This document shows positions 1 to 10,033 of a stretch of DNA of 64,000 nucleotides, piece by piece. Where the stretch lies: positions 1,536,001 to 1,600,000 of the forward strand of contig CP136572.1 of NCBI GenBank assembly GCA_035193785.1. Reading direction: 5' to 3'. The DNA is from Planktothrix sp. GU0601_MAG3 (GTDB taxonomy: Bacteria > Cyanobacteriota > Cyanobacteriia > Cyanobacteriales > Microcoleaceae). Made by a program: the position numbers and the translations under genes. The notes below the pieces were generated by a model. The model had not been told where the DNA came from. It searched no databases and was given only the letters and a program-made list of their open reading frames with translations. Position 1 is the stretch's first letter, and each line of letters opens with the position of its first letter.

Positions 1-63
1 TGCCCTCAAAACTCTAGCGTCTTAGCTGGAAAATTCACCACCGAATGCGACGATAAAAATGCT

Positions 64-1237
64 TTACAGGGTTTCTCCCTCTAGGTTAATGGCGCAGTTC
101 CGTTCATGAATGGGAATATAGGTTTCATCATGGGAACCAGTATAAATTTGAGTCGGACGGAAGATCCGGTTTTTGGTGAGTTGTTCTTTCCAGTGGGCTA
201 ACCAACCCGAAACCCGGGCGATCGCAAAAATCGGGGTAAATAGATCGGAGGGAATATTTAATTTGCGGTAAACCAGACCGGAATAGAAATCAACGTTAGG
301 ATAAATGCCTTTTGCTCCTAAACGCTCGGCCACCGCCCGTTCTAATTCCAAGGCAATTTCATAATATTCATCATGGCCAAATTTCTCAAATAGTTTTTCT
401 GCCAATTCTTGCAAAATGGTAGCCCGGGGATCTTTAACTTTATAAACCCGATGTCCAAATCCCATGATTTTCGATTTGGTGGCAATCAGATGATCCACAT
501 AGGGGCCAACATTTTCCACCGACCCAATTGCTTCTAACATGGTCAAAACTTCTTCATTTGCCCCGCCATGCAATGGCCCAGCCAAGGTACCGACCGCAGA
601 AGCCACCACCGCATAGGGATCGGTGAGGGTAGAAGCCGTCACCATGGCCGAGAATGTGGAGGCGTTAATAGTATGTTCCGCGTGCAGGGTGAGACAGATA
701 TCAAAGACCCAGGAGGCCAAAGGATCGGGTTTCTCGTTCATTCAACATATAGAGAAAGTTGGCGGAATAGTCCAGATCATCCCGGGGTTGTACGGGATCA
801 TTACCCTTTCGCATCAACTGAAAGGCTGCAACCATGGTGGGAATTTTAGCCAGTAACCGGACAACGGCTTCTCGAATATATTCGGGATTATCTAAAGCCC
901 GACGGGAATAGAACAGTCCTAAAGCCGCCGCCGAAGTTTGTAGGGCGTCCATGGGATGTCCGGTTTCGGGAAAGCATTTCATCATGTCCCGAATTCGATA
1001 TTTAATCCGTCGATGATAGCGAATTTCATGTTCAAACTCGGCTAATTCGTCTTTGGTGGGGAGTTTTCCCCAGATCAGTAAATAGGAGGTTTCCAGAAAG
1101 CTACTCTGTTTCGCCAGTTGTTCAATACCAATTCCTCGGTACTCTAAAATGCCCTTTTGTCCATCAACGTAACTAATACTGGACAAGGTGGCTGGAACCC
1201 CCTCAAGACCGGGTTTGAACTCACTAACGGTGGTCAT
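64..1237 (-). CDS. gltA: Citrate synthase (one apparent +1 frameshift at 729-733, probably a sequencing error)
   Basis: ORFs 701..1237 and 64..741 join by deleting one base in GTTTC (NEREPDPLA); motifs GPLHGGANE, MGFGHRVYK, YPNVDFYSG. Confidence 0.95.
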
Positions 1238-1345
1238 AGAAGTTTATGTATGTGTGTGGATATTTATCAAGCTACATTACCAGAGCAATTGATAGTGTTT
1301 TCGTTTTGACAGGATTTTGTTATATCCTTCTGATACCTCGGTGCT

Positions 1346-1840
1346 TTAATTTAACAAAAATTTGGGGGGAGTTAGCCAGAACAGTTGACTATTCCCGACG
1401 GGGTTAGTGGTGGGCAGGGTAATGCCAATAATTCCGGCTTTTTTGACCACTAGGGATGCCTTGGGCTGTCCCCAAATCAATAATTCCGCCCAATATCCTA
1501 AATTGGGTTGATGCCCCACTAGGGCTAGGCTTTTACCCCCGGTTAACTGCCAAGTTTTGTACCAAGAAATCCAATCCTCAATCTTGCCATCGGGAGCTAG
1601 GGGGGCAAATTCCTCTAGGTTAGGGGATAATCCCACGGCCTTGAGGATGTCTGCGGTTTGACGGGCGCGAATTAGGGGACTGGTGAGAATTTGATCAAAT
1701 TGTAGGTTGAGTTGTTTCAGGCGAGTTGCCACTTGGCGGGTTTTGCGATCGCCTTCTTCGGTTAAAGGGCGTTGATCATCATTTTGATAGGTTCCCCGTT
1801 CTGCGGCAATGCCATGACGAATCAAATATAAATTAGTCAT
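1346..1840 (-). CDS. sixA: Phosphohistidine phosphatase SixA
   Basis: LIRHGIA, RPLT, SPLIRARQTA, LVGHQP motifs; upstream of gltA. Confidence 0.92.
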   Translation of the reverse strand: MTNLYLIRHGIAAERGTYQNDDQRPLTEEGDRKTRQVATRLKQLNLQFDQILTSPLIRARQTADILKAVGLSPNLEEFAPLAPDGKIEDWISWYKTWQLTGGKSLALVGHQPNLGYWAELLIWGQPKASLVVKKAGIIGITLPTTNPVGNSQLFWLTPPKFLLN

Positions 1841-2065
1841 AAGAAAAAATATATTCCTGTTGATAGCTTTATATACTAAGATTTTAAGGGTTTTATCTTG
1901 AAACCTCTAAAAATTAGTTAGGTTACATTTGTAGTCTTTTTCTTGACTTTTTATTGAAACTATGCGTCTATAATGCTGATCTTCAGGTTAGATCGGTGGA
2001 TATTTTTAGGTGCAGCTTAATCGATCTCAATCCTATAATTCATTTCGGTGTGAAGGAGTAATCTC

Positions 2066-3052
2066 GTGGCTCAGTATAGTCCTATCCTGCGACAACAAAA
2101 AATCGCCCTCTTTGCTCTGGTAGCGGCGACTACCAGTTTTGTGATCGGTGTGATATTACCATTTAATCTGCGTGTTGAACGCGCCAGTAAACAGGGTGTT
2201 GCTGCGGTTTCTTCAAAACCCCAAAGGGCTGTTCCTCAAGGGACTGAAAAAGCTCAAGATACTGCTGCGGTGCAGACAACTCCTCCGGTGGTATCCAGGT
2301 TAGACTTAAATCCGAAAGAGGCAATCTCCCAAGGAGTAGAAAACCTGGAAAAGACCTTAGCACAACTAGAAACTCAACGCTTTAGCTATAGCATTCCTGA
2401 ACAATTCCAAGGGAAAACGATTAAAGAAGTTAGTATTCCTGGGGAACAAAAAGTAATTGCCTTTACCTTTGATGATGGCCCCTGGCCTAAGAGTACCCGA
2501 CAAATTTTAGATATTCTCAAAGAGAATAATATTAAAGGTACTTTCTTTTGGGTGGGTTCTGCTCTGAAAAATCAGAAGGATATTGGCAAGGAAGTTGTTA
2601 ATGAAGGTCATGTTATTGCTAACCATACCTGGAGTCATCGTTACCAAAAATACAGCCCAACCGGAGCCGCGGCTGAAATTGAAAGCAATAATGAATTAAT
2701 AGAAGAATTAACCGGGATTGAAAGTCCGATATTTCGACCACCCGGGGGAGTTTTGGATAATGGTTTAGTGGATTATGTGTTAAAGCAGAATCATGTAAAT
2801 ATCATGTGGTCAGCCGATTCTCAGGACTGGAAAGCTTCATCGGACAAAATTATTGATAATGTTTTAAAACAGGCTAAATCCGGTGGGATTATATTAATGC
2901 ACGATGGCGGCGGAAATCGTTCGGAAACAGTAAAAGCATTACCAACTATTATCAAAAAACTCAAAGAGCAGGGTTATACTTTTGTCACCATTCCTGAATT
3001 ATTAAAACTCGCCGATCAAAAAGCGGTTGAAACCATCTCAACCGACCGATAG
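2066..3052 (+). CDS. Polysaccharide deacetylase (NodB/CE4) with N-terminal membrane anchor
   Basis: TFDDGP, NHTWSH, FRPPGG, ILMHDGGG motifs. Confidence 0.9.
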   Translation: MAQYSPILRQQKIALFALVAATTSFVIGVILPFNLRVERASKQGVAAVSSKPQRAVPQGTEKAQDTAAVQTTPPVVSRLDLNPKEAISQGVENLEKTLAQLETQRFSYSIPEQFQGKTIKEVSIPGEQKVIAFTFDDGPWPKSTRQILDILKENNIKGTFFWVGSALKNQKDIGKEVVNEGHVIANHTWSHRYQKYSPTGAAAEIESNNELIEELTGIESPIFRPPGGVLDNGLVDYVLKQNHVNIMWSADSQDWKASSDKIIDNVLKQAKSGGIILMHDGGGNRSETVKALPTIIKKLKEQGYTFVTIPELLKLADQKAVETISTDR

Positions 3053-3084
3053 CAGTCAACCTTAAATCCAGAATTAATCTAAGA

Positions 3085-3121
3085 TTGGTGACAACGGAAA
3101 GTTATAATCAGTTGTCACCAA
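3085..3121. terminator. Inverted repeat downstream of deacetylase, possible terminator
   Basis: TTGGTGACAAC...GTTGTCACCAA 11-bp perfect stem; no clear U-tract. Confidence 0.35.
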
Positions 3122-3142
3122 CCTTAGAATATTGTTAGGTTC

Positions 3143-3203
3143 GTAGGGGCGGGTTCATCGAGATTTAGGTGATTAACAAAGATCTCAAGAAACCCACCCC
3201 TAC
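3143..3203. repeat. GTAG-type REP-like palindrome, single copy of the family in the 5461-6974 array
   Basis: GTAGGGGCGGGTT...AACCCACCCCTAC. Confidence 0.8.
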
Positions 3204-3235
3204 AGGTTAATTAGTTAATTTAGGAGTTAAAGATT

Positions 3236-3727
3236 GTGACTATTTCTAATAGTTTAGAAACCAAATTAACAAAAAATGAATCTCAGTTTCAGGATAGTTT
3301 TTCAATTACAATTGCGCCTCTTTTATTAGAGGAAATTTATACTTTAGCCGATGATCAAAGAAATGGGGCTATTGTGGTTATGAGTGGAATGGTGAGAAAT
3401 CAAACCAATGGTCAACCCGTAGAATCCTTAGAATATCAAGCCTATCAACCGATGGCGATAAAGGTATTTGAAAAAATTGCCACAGATATTCGTGCTTCCT
3501 GGTCAGATGTGACTCGTGTGGTGATTCATCATCGCGTTGGACGGTTAAGAATTGGTGAAATTAGTGTTTTAATAGCGGTGGGTTGTCCTCACCGTCGAGA
3601 AGCCTTTGAAGCCTGTCAATATGCGATTGATACCTTAAAGCATACAGCACCAATTTGGAAAAAAGAACATTGGAAAGATGGTTCAAGTAGTTGGGTGAGT
3701 ATTGGGGCTTGTGAAACTAATTGTTAA
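3236..3727 (+). CDS. moaE: Molybdopterin synthase catalytic subunit
   Basis: LEYQAY, HRVGRL, PHRREAF, IDTLKHTAPIWKKE motifs. Confidence 0.93.
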   Translation: MTISNSLETKLTKNESQFQDSFSITIAPLLLEEIYTLADDQRNGAIVVMSGMVRNQTNGQPVESLEYQAYQPMAIKVFEKIATDIRASWSDVTRVVIHHRVGRLRIGEISVLIAVGCPHRREAFEACQYAIDTLKHTAPIWKKEHWKDGSSSWVSIGACETNC

Positions 3728-3737
3728 TCTTAATAGC

Positions 3738-3829
3738 AGGGAATAGGGAACAGGGAACAGGGAATAGGAGGAAAAAGAAAATAGGGAATAGGGAACAGGA
3801 GGGAAAAGAAAATAGGGAATAGGGGATAG
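3738..3829. repeat. STRR-like heptamer repeats (GGGAATA/GGGAACA)
   Basis: Direct reading of tandem heptamers. Confidence 0.8.
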
Positions 3830-3956
3830 AAAAAAGTGATTAGCCATTAGTAAAAGAAGTTATTACAGAAACCCGGTTTCTGGGATTTCTTGGTACAAGC
3901 TGAACCACTTACGGCTATAATTAAATCAGCATTGTCATCTATCCCTAGGCTTAAAC

Positions 3957-5420
3957 ATGAGTAAATGCCTTAACCCCGATTGTTTACAAACCAACTCTAA
4001 AACAACCTATTGTCAAAAGTGTGGTTCTAAATTACTGTTAACAGATCGATATCGGGCTTTAGAAATATTAGGACAAGGGGGGTTTGGTCGAACGTTTCTA
4101 GCGGTTGATGAGCATAAACCTTCTCAACCCTATTGTGTAATTAAACAATTTTTACCCCAAGCTCAAGGTACGAATAATCAAGAAAAAGCGGGAGAACTTT
4201 TTAAACAAGAAGCCATACAATTAGAACATTTAGGCAAACATCAACAAATTCCTGAATTATTCGCCTATTTAATCCAAGATAATCGTCAATATCTGGTTCA
4301 AGAATATATTGAAGGACAAAATTTATTACAAGAACTAGCTCAAACTGGGGCTTTTTCAGAAACTAAAATCATTAATCTTTTAGGAGATTTATTACCTGTT
4401 TTAGCGTTTATTCATCAAAAATCGGTAATTCATCGAGATATTAAACCGGAAAATATTATTAGAAGAAAAAGCGATAATAAATTGGTTTTAGTGGATTTTG
4501 GAGCAGCTAAAGCAGCGACTATAACGGCGTTAGCGGTGACAGGAACAGTTATTGGTTCAGCCCAATATACTGCACCCGAACAAGCGATGGGAAAACCGAC
4601 TTTTGCTAGTGATTTATATAGTTTAGGGGTAACTTGTATTCATTTATTAACTAATATTGAACCCTTTGATTTATTTGATGTCAGTGAAAGTGATTGGGTG
4701 TGGCGAGATTATTTAACAGTTAAAGTCAATAATACTTTGGGTCAAGTCTTAGATAAACTCTTACAACAGGGAACAAAAAAACGCTTTCAAACTGTTCAAG
4801 AAGTATTAGAAGCATTACAATTAACAGTTAAACCGATATCGCCACCAACACCCCAATTTTTTACACCCAAACCAGCACCCCAATTTTTTACACCCAAACC
4901 AACATTCAAACCAACACCCCAACCGGATATAGAATTAAAGCCAGCTAGAGGAGTTAATTATGATCAATTAGAACAACTTTTAAAAGCCGGAAGCTGGAAA
5001 GAAGCTGACAAAGAAACGGCTAAAAAAATGTTAGAAGTAGCCGGAAGAACAAAGGAAGAATGGTTAAGTGAAGAAGATATTGATAATTTTCCCTGTGAGG
5101 ATTTACGAACTATTGACCAACTTTGGGTAAAATATAGCGATGGACGCTTCGGCTTTTCGGTGCAGAAGCGCATCTATCAAAGTCTGGGAGGAACCAGGAG
5201 TTATGATAGTAAAATCTGGGAAGCGTTTGGTGATCAGGTAGCTTGGCGTGTTAGAGGTAGCTGGTTGTATTACAAAGTTTATGGGAAGAACGTTAAGAGA
5301 GCACGAACGGGCCACCTCCCTGTACTGATTTTTTCTTGGTTTGATTTAGGGGATGTTGATTGGTGTGGGTTTGATGATTTCTCTTCTCTCGTGTCGAGAC
5401 TTATAGACTGTAATATATAA
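3957..5420 (+). CDS. Ser/Thr protein kinase with N-terminal Cys motif and C-terminal GUN4 domain
   Basis: CLNPDC..CQKCG, LGQGGFGRT, HRDIKPEN, DFG, APEQ; Pro-rich linker; GUN4 motifs WKEADKET, DLRTIDQLWVKYSDGRFGFSVQ, GHLP. Confidence 0.92.
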   Translation: MSKCLNPDCLQTNSKTTYCQKCGSKLLLTDRYRALEILGQGGFGRTFLAVDEHKPSQPYCVIKQFLPQAQGTNNQEKAGELFKQEAIQLEHLGKHQQIPELFAYLIQDNRQYLVQEYIEGQNLLQELAQTGAFSETKIINLLGDLLPVLAFIHQKSVIHRDIKPENIIRRKSDNKLVLVDFGAAKAATITALAVTGTVIGSAQYTAPEQAMGKPTFASDLYSLGVTCIHLLTNIEPFDLFDVSESDWVWRDYLTVKVNNTLGQVLDKLLQQGTKKRFQTVQEVLEALQLTVKPISPPTPQFFTPKPAPQFFTPKPTFKPTPQPDIELKPARGVNYDQLEQLLKAGSWKEADKETAKKMLEVAGRTKEEWLSEEDIDNFPCEDLRTIDQLWVKYSDGRFGFSVQKRIYQSLGGTRSYDSKIWEAFGDQVAWRVRGSWLYYKVYGKNVKRARTGHLPVLIFSWFDLGDVDWCGFDDFSSLVSRLIDCNI

Positions 5421-5460
5421 GGCTTACAGGTTTTCGTAAAGATTTATGACATCGATTGAA

Positions 5461-6974
5461 TGTAGGGGCGGGTTCGCCGGGATTTTTGTTAATAATAATT
5501 AACCTAAATAAACCCGCCCAACCCCATAATAGAAATCAATATAAACCCGGTTTTATTAACGTTAAATTTGGGTGGGGTGGGCGGGTTTATCAAGATTATT
5601 TATCAGATTTGAAAGATTTTGTTGAACCCGCCCCTACGGGTTTTAGGAAATGTAGGGGCGGGTTCGCCGGGATTTTTGTTAATAATAATCAACCCAAATA
5701 AACCCGCCCAACCCCATAATAGAAATCAATATAAACCCGGTTTTGTTAACATTAAATTTTGGTGGGTGGGGCGGGTTTATCGAGATTATTTGTTAGATTT
5801 GAAAGATTTTGTTGAACCCGCCCCTACGGGTTTCAGGGAATGTAGGGGCGGGTTCGCCGGGATTTTTGTTAATAATAATCAACCTAAATAAACCCGCCCA
5901 ACCCCATAATAGAAATCAATATCAACCCGGTTTTATTAACGTTAAATCTTGGTGGGGTGGGGCGGGTTTATCGAGATTATTTATCAGATTTGAAAGATTT
6001 TGTTGAACCCGCCCCTACGGGTTTCAGGGAATGTAGGGGCGGGTTTCGCCGGGATTTTTGTTAATAATAATCAACCTAAATAAACCCGCCCAACCCCATA
6101 ATAGGAATCAATATCAACCCGGTTTTATTAACGTTAAATCTTGGTGGGGTGGGGCGGGTTTATCGAGATTATTTATCAGATTTGAAAGATTTTGTTGAAC
6201 CCGCCCCTACGGGTTTCAGGGAATGTAGGGGCGGGTTCGCCGGGATTTTTGTTAATAATAATCAACCTAAATAAACCCGCCCAACCCCATAATAGGAATC
6301 AATATCAACCCGGTTTTATTAACCTTAAATATTGGTGGGGTGGGGCGGGTTTATCGAGATTATTTGTTAGATTTGAAAGATTTTGTTGAACCCGACCCTA
6401 CGGGTTTCAGGGAATGTAGGGGCGGGTTCGCCGGGATTTTTGTTAATAATAATCAACCTAAATAAACCCGCCCAACCCCATAATAGAAATCAATATAAAC
6501 CCGGTTTTATTAACCTTAAATATTGGTGGGGTGGGGCGGGTTTATCGAGATTATTTATCAGATTTGAAAGATTTTGTTGAACCCGCCCCTACGGGTTTCA
6601 GGGAATGTAGGGGCGGGTTCGCCGGGATTTTTGTTAATAATAATCAACCCAAATAAACCCGCCCAACCCCATAATAGGAATCAATATCAACCCGGTTTTA
6701 TTAACGTTAAATTTTGGTGGGGTGGGGCGGGTTTATCAAGATTATTTATCAGATTTGAAAGATTTTGTTGAACCCGCCCCTACGGGTTTTAGGAAATGTA
6801 GGGACGGGTTCGCCGGGATTTTTGTTAATAATAATCAACCTAAATAAACCCGCCCAACCCCATAATAGAAATCAATATAAACCAGGTTTTGTTAACGTTA
6901 AATTTTGGTGGGGTGGGGCGGGTTTATCGAGATTATTTGTTAGATTTGAAAGATTTTTTTGAACCCGCCCCTAC
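5461..6974. repeat. Tandem array of 8 REP/REPIN-like units of 190-192 bp
   Basis: Units start at 5461, 5651, 5841, 6032, 6224, 6415, 6606, 6797; each GTAGGGGCGGGTTC...AAACCCGCCCAAC...GGTGGGGCGGGTTT...GAACCCGCCCCTAC. Confidence 0.95.
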
Positions 6975-7161
6975 GGGTTTTATTTTAATAATTGGGCTGG
7001 CGACGGGTGAAATTTTGCCTCCGCCTCTGGCCCGTATCTGGTCGCTGAGTGGTAATTTTGTGATAAAGTTAAAAATTGTAAAGAAATATGAGAGTCTGAT
7101 TATCTCTCGGTTAACAAAAAACCAATATTGCCCACCCTTATAAACATTTATAGGATCTCCC

Positions 7162-7965
7162 ATGCAACAGAATTGGCTCAATAGATTGCTGCTCTCTATT
7201 GCTATATTAGCTATAACCCTCTCCACCTGGGCAATTACCCCCGTAGCCCATGCCTTTAATAATCCTGAGCTACTTCCTCAGATTCAAACCCCGGTGATTG
7301 ACCTAGCGGGAATTTTTACCGATGTCCAGGAAAATATCTTAGCCAAGGATATAGAAGAGTTTGAATCGGAAACGGGTTGGAAAGTCAGGGTATTAACTCA
7401 ATTTGACCAAACCCCCGGTCGCGCCGTCAAGGACTATTGGGGACTGGATGATAAAAGCGTGTTAGTCGTCGCCGATGAACGGGGGGGCAATATCCTTAAC
7501 TTTAGCGTCGGTCGTCAGATTTACCCGTTTCTGTCCCGGACATTCTGGGTGGAGTTACAAACCCGCTTCGGAAATCAATATTTTATTCGAGAAAATGGGG
7601 AAGACCAATCCATTATTCAATCAATTGACACGATTCAAAGCTGCTTAATTCAAGGCGGTTGTCGGGTTGTTCCGGGGCTTCCTCAAGAACAATGGATTTT
7701 AACCTTAATTACTTCTGCCATCGGTGGGATCATTTGTGGTGTGGCGAGTATTCCCCGCAAGTCTGGACAATTGATTTCCTGGCAGTGGGCGTTAATTTTC
7801 TCGCCCCTGTGGGGAATTTTATTTATTGCCTTCGGAATTGGCCCGGTGATTTCCCGTACCCAAGAATGGCTTCCCCTTGTCCGTAATATTTCTGGCTTTT
7901 TAATTGGTTTCTTGGTAGCCTATCTAACTCCGATATTAAATCAGTCCTTCTCCCAAGAAGGTTGA
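7162..7965 (+). CDS. TPM-domain membrane protein
   Basis: Signal peptide, PVIDLA, ETGWKVRVLTQ, FWVELQTRFGN, C-terminal TM helices. Confidence 0.8.
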   Translation: MQQNWLNRLLLSIAILAITLSTWAITPVAHAFNNPELLPQIQTPVIDLAGIFTDVQENILAKDIEEFESETGWKVRVLTQFDQTPGRAVKDYWGLDDKSVLVVADERGGNILNFSVGRQIYPFLSRTFWVELQTRFGNQYFIRENGEDQSIIQSIDTIQSCLIQGGCRVVPGLPQEQWILTLITSAIGGIICGVASIPRKSGQLISWQWALIFSPLWGILFIAFGIGPVISRTQEWLPLVRNISGFLIGFLVAYLTPILNQSFSQEG

Positions 7966-8130
7966 GGAATAGGGGAATAGGGGAAATAATTTATCCCCCT
8001 ATTCCCTCCTTCTGAACCCTGATTTCTCGTGATAACGACAACAACCTGATACACTGAGTAAGTTGTAATCTGGTTGTGCTAGGTAAACTTTACTTATCCC
8101 CAGAACTTCAGTAATAATCGGCGAGTCACA

Positions 8131-8757
8131 ATGGAATGGCATATTACGGATGCCCAGAGTTTAGGAATCATAGATGACGAAATTGGCGATCACGTCTTTT
8201 CGCCAGCCGAATATGAAATTGTGCGCCGGGTGATTTATGCGACGGCGGATTTTGAGTATAAAAGTTTAGTGCGGTTTTCTGACCAAGCTTTACAGGGAGG
8301 GGCGGCGGCTTTAGCAGCCCGGACAACGATTGTGGTGGATGTACCCATGGTACAAGTCGGGATTACTCCCCGGATTCTTTCGACTTTTGCGAATCCGGTT
8401 TATTGTTCCATGGAGGCGGTAACTCGACCACAACGGGAAAAAACTCGCTCGGCTTGGGGGATTGAGACTTTAGCCCGGCGCTATCCCGAGGCGATTTTTG
8501 TGATTGGTCAGGAACAAACGGCCCTTTCTGGGATAGTTGATTTAATTGAAGCGGAGGAAATTAAGCCCGCTTTGGTGATTGCCACCCCTTCGGGTTTTGT
8601 CGGGGCTGATGTGGCTAAGTCTCGTTTGAATGATTCGATGGTTCCCCATATTCGGATTGATGGACGCAAGGGTAGTGCGGTGGTGGCCGTGGCTTTGATG
8701 GATGCTTTGGTTGATCTGGCTTGGCAAGCCTATGGTCGGGAAGGGAATGGGAGTTAA
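8131..8757 (+). CDS. cobH: Precorrin-8X methylmutase (CobH/CbiC)
   Basis: IVRRVIYATADFE, DVPMVQVGI, GRKGSAVVA motifs. Confidence 0.85.
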   Translation: MEWHITDAQSLGIIDDEIGDHVFSPAEYEIVRRVIYATADFEYKSLVRFSDQALQGGAAALAARTTIVVDVPMVQVGITPRILSTFANPVYCSMEAVTRPQREKTRSAWGIETLARRYPEAIFVIGQEQTALSGIVDLIEAEEIKPALVIATPSGFVGADVAKSRLNDSMVPHIRIDGRKGSAVVAVALMDALVDLAWQAYGREGNGS

Positions 8758-9181
8758 GGCGGGGACTGACTCAAAATCTGCTAATTTAACCACAAAGACA
8801 CAGAGAAGTTGTACAGACTTACCAGGTGGTAGCAGTATCACATTTTCTGTTTTTTGTCAAGGGTAGCCCGGGAAGGGCGAAATTTTAAAATTTCACTATG
8901 GGGTTCTATTGGGGGTGATTTTTGGGATTTTGGTTGATATTTAGGATTTTTATCGGCTTTGTGGCTCTTGATTTGGGCTAGGGGCATAGAAAGACCAATC
9001 ATAGTCTATTTATGAAAACTCTAACATTGGCTGAAAGTATTGTCAAGTGGTGGGCTTAATAGAAGTTTTTCTCATTAATCGGGCTTTTGTTAAGAATTGT
9101 AAAATGGGGATAATTTTAAATTTTAAAATTGTTCGGTTGTAGGTATTAGATTATTTAATCTATCGGGGGGAATTTTTGAGG

Positions 9182-9925
9182 TTAAGGTTGGTCATCATCA
9201 TAGATTTGATCATAACCGTTTGTGGGTTGATAACGTTCAATTGCAGAAGTTTGGGGAGAAGCAGGTGCTTTTCTGGGACGACGGGACTGGAAACGATGAC
9301 TAATTTCTTTAAAAATGTCTCGACGGACGTAGGGATAGTCACTAATCCAAAGATTTTGACTGGGAATATAGATATCGGAAACTTCGTTAATTTCGCTTAA
9401 ATCATCTAAATAAGACATGACCATCATTTGGGCAATTTGACCCCGACGTAAGCGTTTATGGTTGCGATTTAGGGGGGCTTGAATTAAGGTGGTAAACCCG
9501 CTAGAGTCTCCGATTTCTACATTAATTCTTCTTTCCAGATTTTCAATAATAATTAGTTCTCCGCGCTGATTCACAGATTCCTGTTGTTCTGTAACCGCTT
9601 CACTAATATAAAAATCCAGAATTTTTCCCTGTAAAAATCCGGCATAGGGATATTTTCGATATTTAGCATTCCGCCAACTAGCTTCCCAAACGGGCATCCA
9701 TAACCAATATAAAGAGGAGATAATTCCGGCGATTAATACTAGGATTCTCAGGGTATCTCCTTGTACAGTATATTCCAGAAAAATCCAAACCGCTAAACAG
9801 ACCGCAGAAACTAATAAACGCTTTAAAAAATCCCTGGGTTTTCCCCAACAATACTTATATTGTTCACTGGTAGCCACGGCGGGAATTAAATCTTCAAAAG
9901 TTTGACGAGTTATGGGAACAAGCAT
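9182..9925 (-). CDS. Conserved cyanobacterial membrane protein of unknown function
   Basis: 247-aa ORF with two TM segments; MLVPITRQTFE.LIP start typical of a conserved family. Confidence 0.7.
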   Translation of the reverse strand: MLVPITRQTFEDLIPAVATSEQYKYCWGKPRDFLKRLLVSAVCLAVWIFLEYTVQGDTLRILVLIAGIISSLYWLWMPVWEASWRNAKYRKYPYAGFLQGKILDFYISEAVTEQQESVNQRGELIIIENLERRINVEIGDSSGFTTLIQAPLNRNHKRLRRGQIAQMMVMSYLDDLSEINEVSDIYIPSQNLWISDYPYVRRDIFKEISHRFQSRRPRKAPASPQTSAIERYQPTNGYDQIYDDDQP

Positions 9926-9948
9926 TTTTAATTACGAATTACGAATAG

Positions 9949-10031
9949 GGATCACGGATTTAAGAGGATTTCACGGATTTCGCGGATTTTAATCTGTGTT
10001 AATCAGCGTAATCTGCTTAAATCCGTGATCC
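9949..10031. repeat. Dispersed imperfect palindrome (GGATCACGGATT...AATCCGTGATCC), copy 1
   Basis: Self-complementary; closely related copy at 60627-60715. Confidence 0.8.
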
Positions 10032-10033
10032 TA

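Noticed and set aside
5461..6974. CRISPR array
   Set aside because: The sequences between the palindromes are near-identical in every unit (no unique spacers), the period is ~191 bp, and no cas genes are present
3957..7000. Complete DGR locus in the window
   Set aside because: No reverse transcriptase, Avd or template repeat is visible; only a possible remote target is reported
5456..7226. Repeated 65-97 aa ORFs in and next to the array
   Set aside because: By-products of the tandem repeat: TTG starts, inconsistent frames and ends, no recognisable domain
8834..8860. Minus-strand promoter antisense to cobH (TTGACA...GATACT)
   Set aside because: The spacer is only 15 nt and there is no supporting terminator or structure
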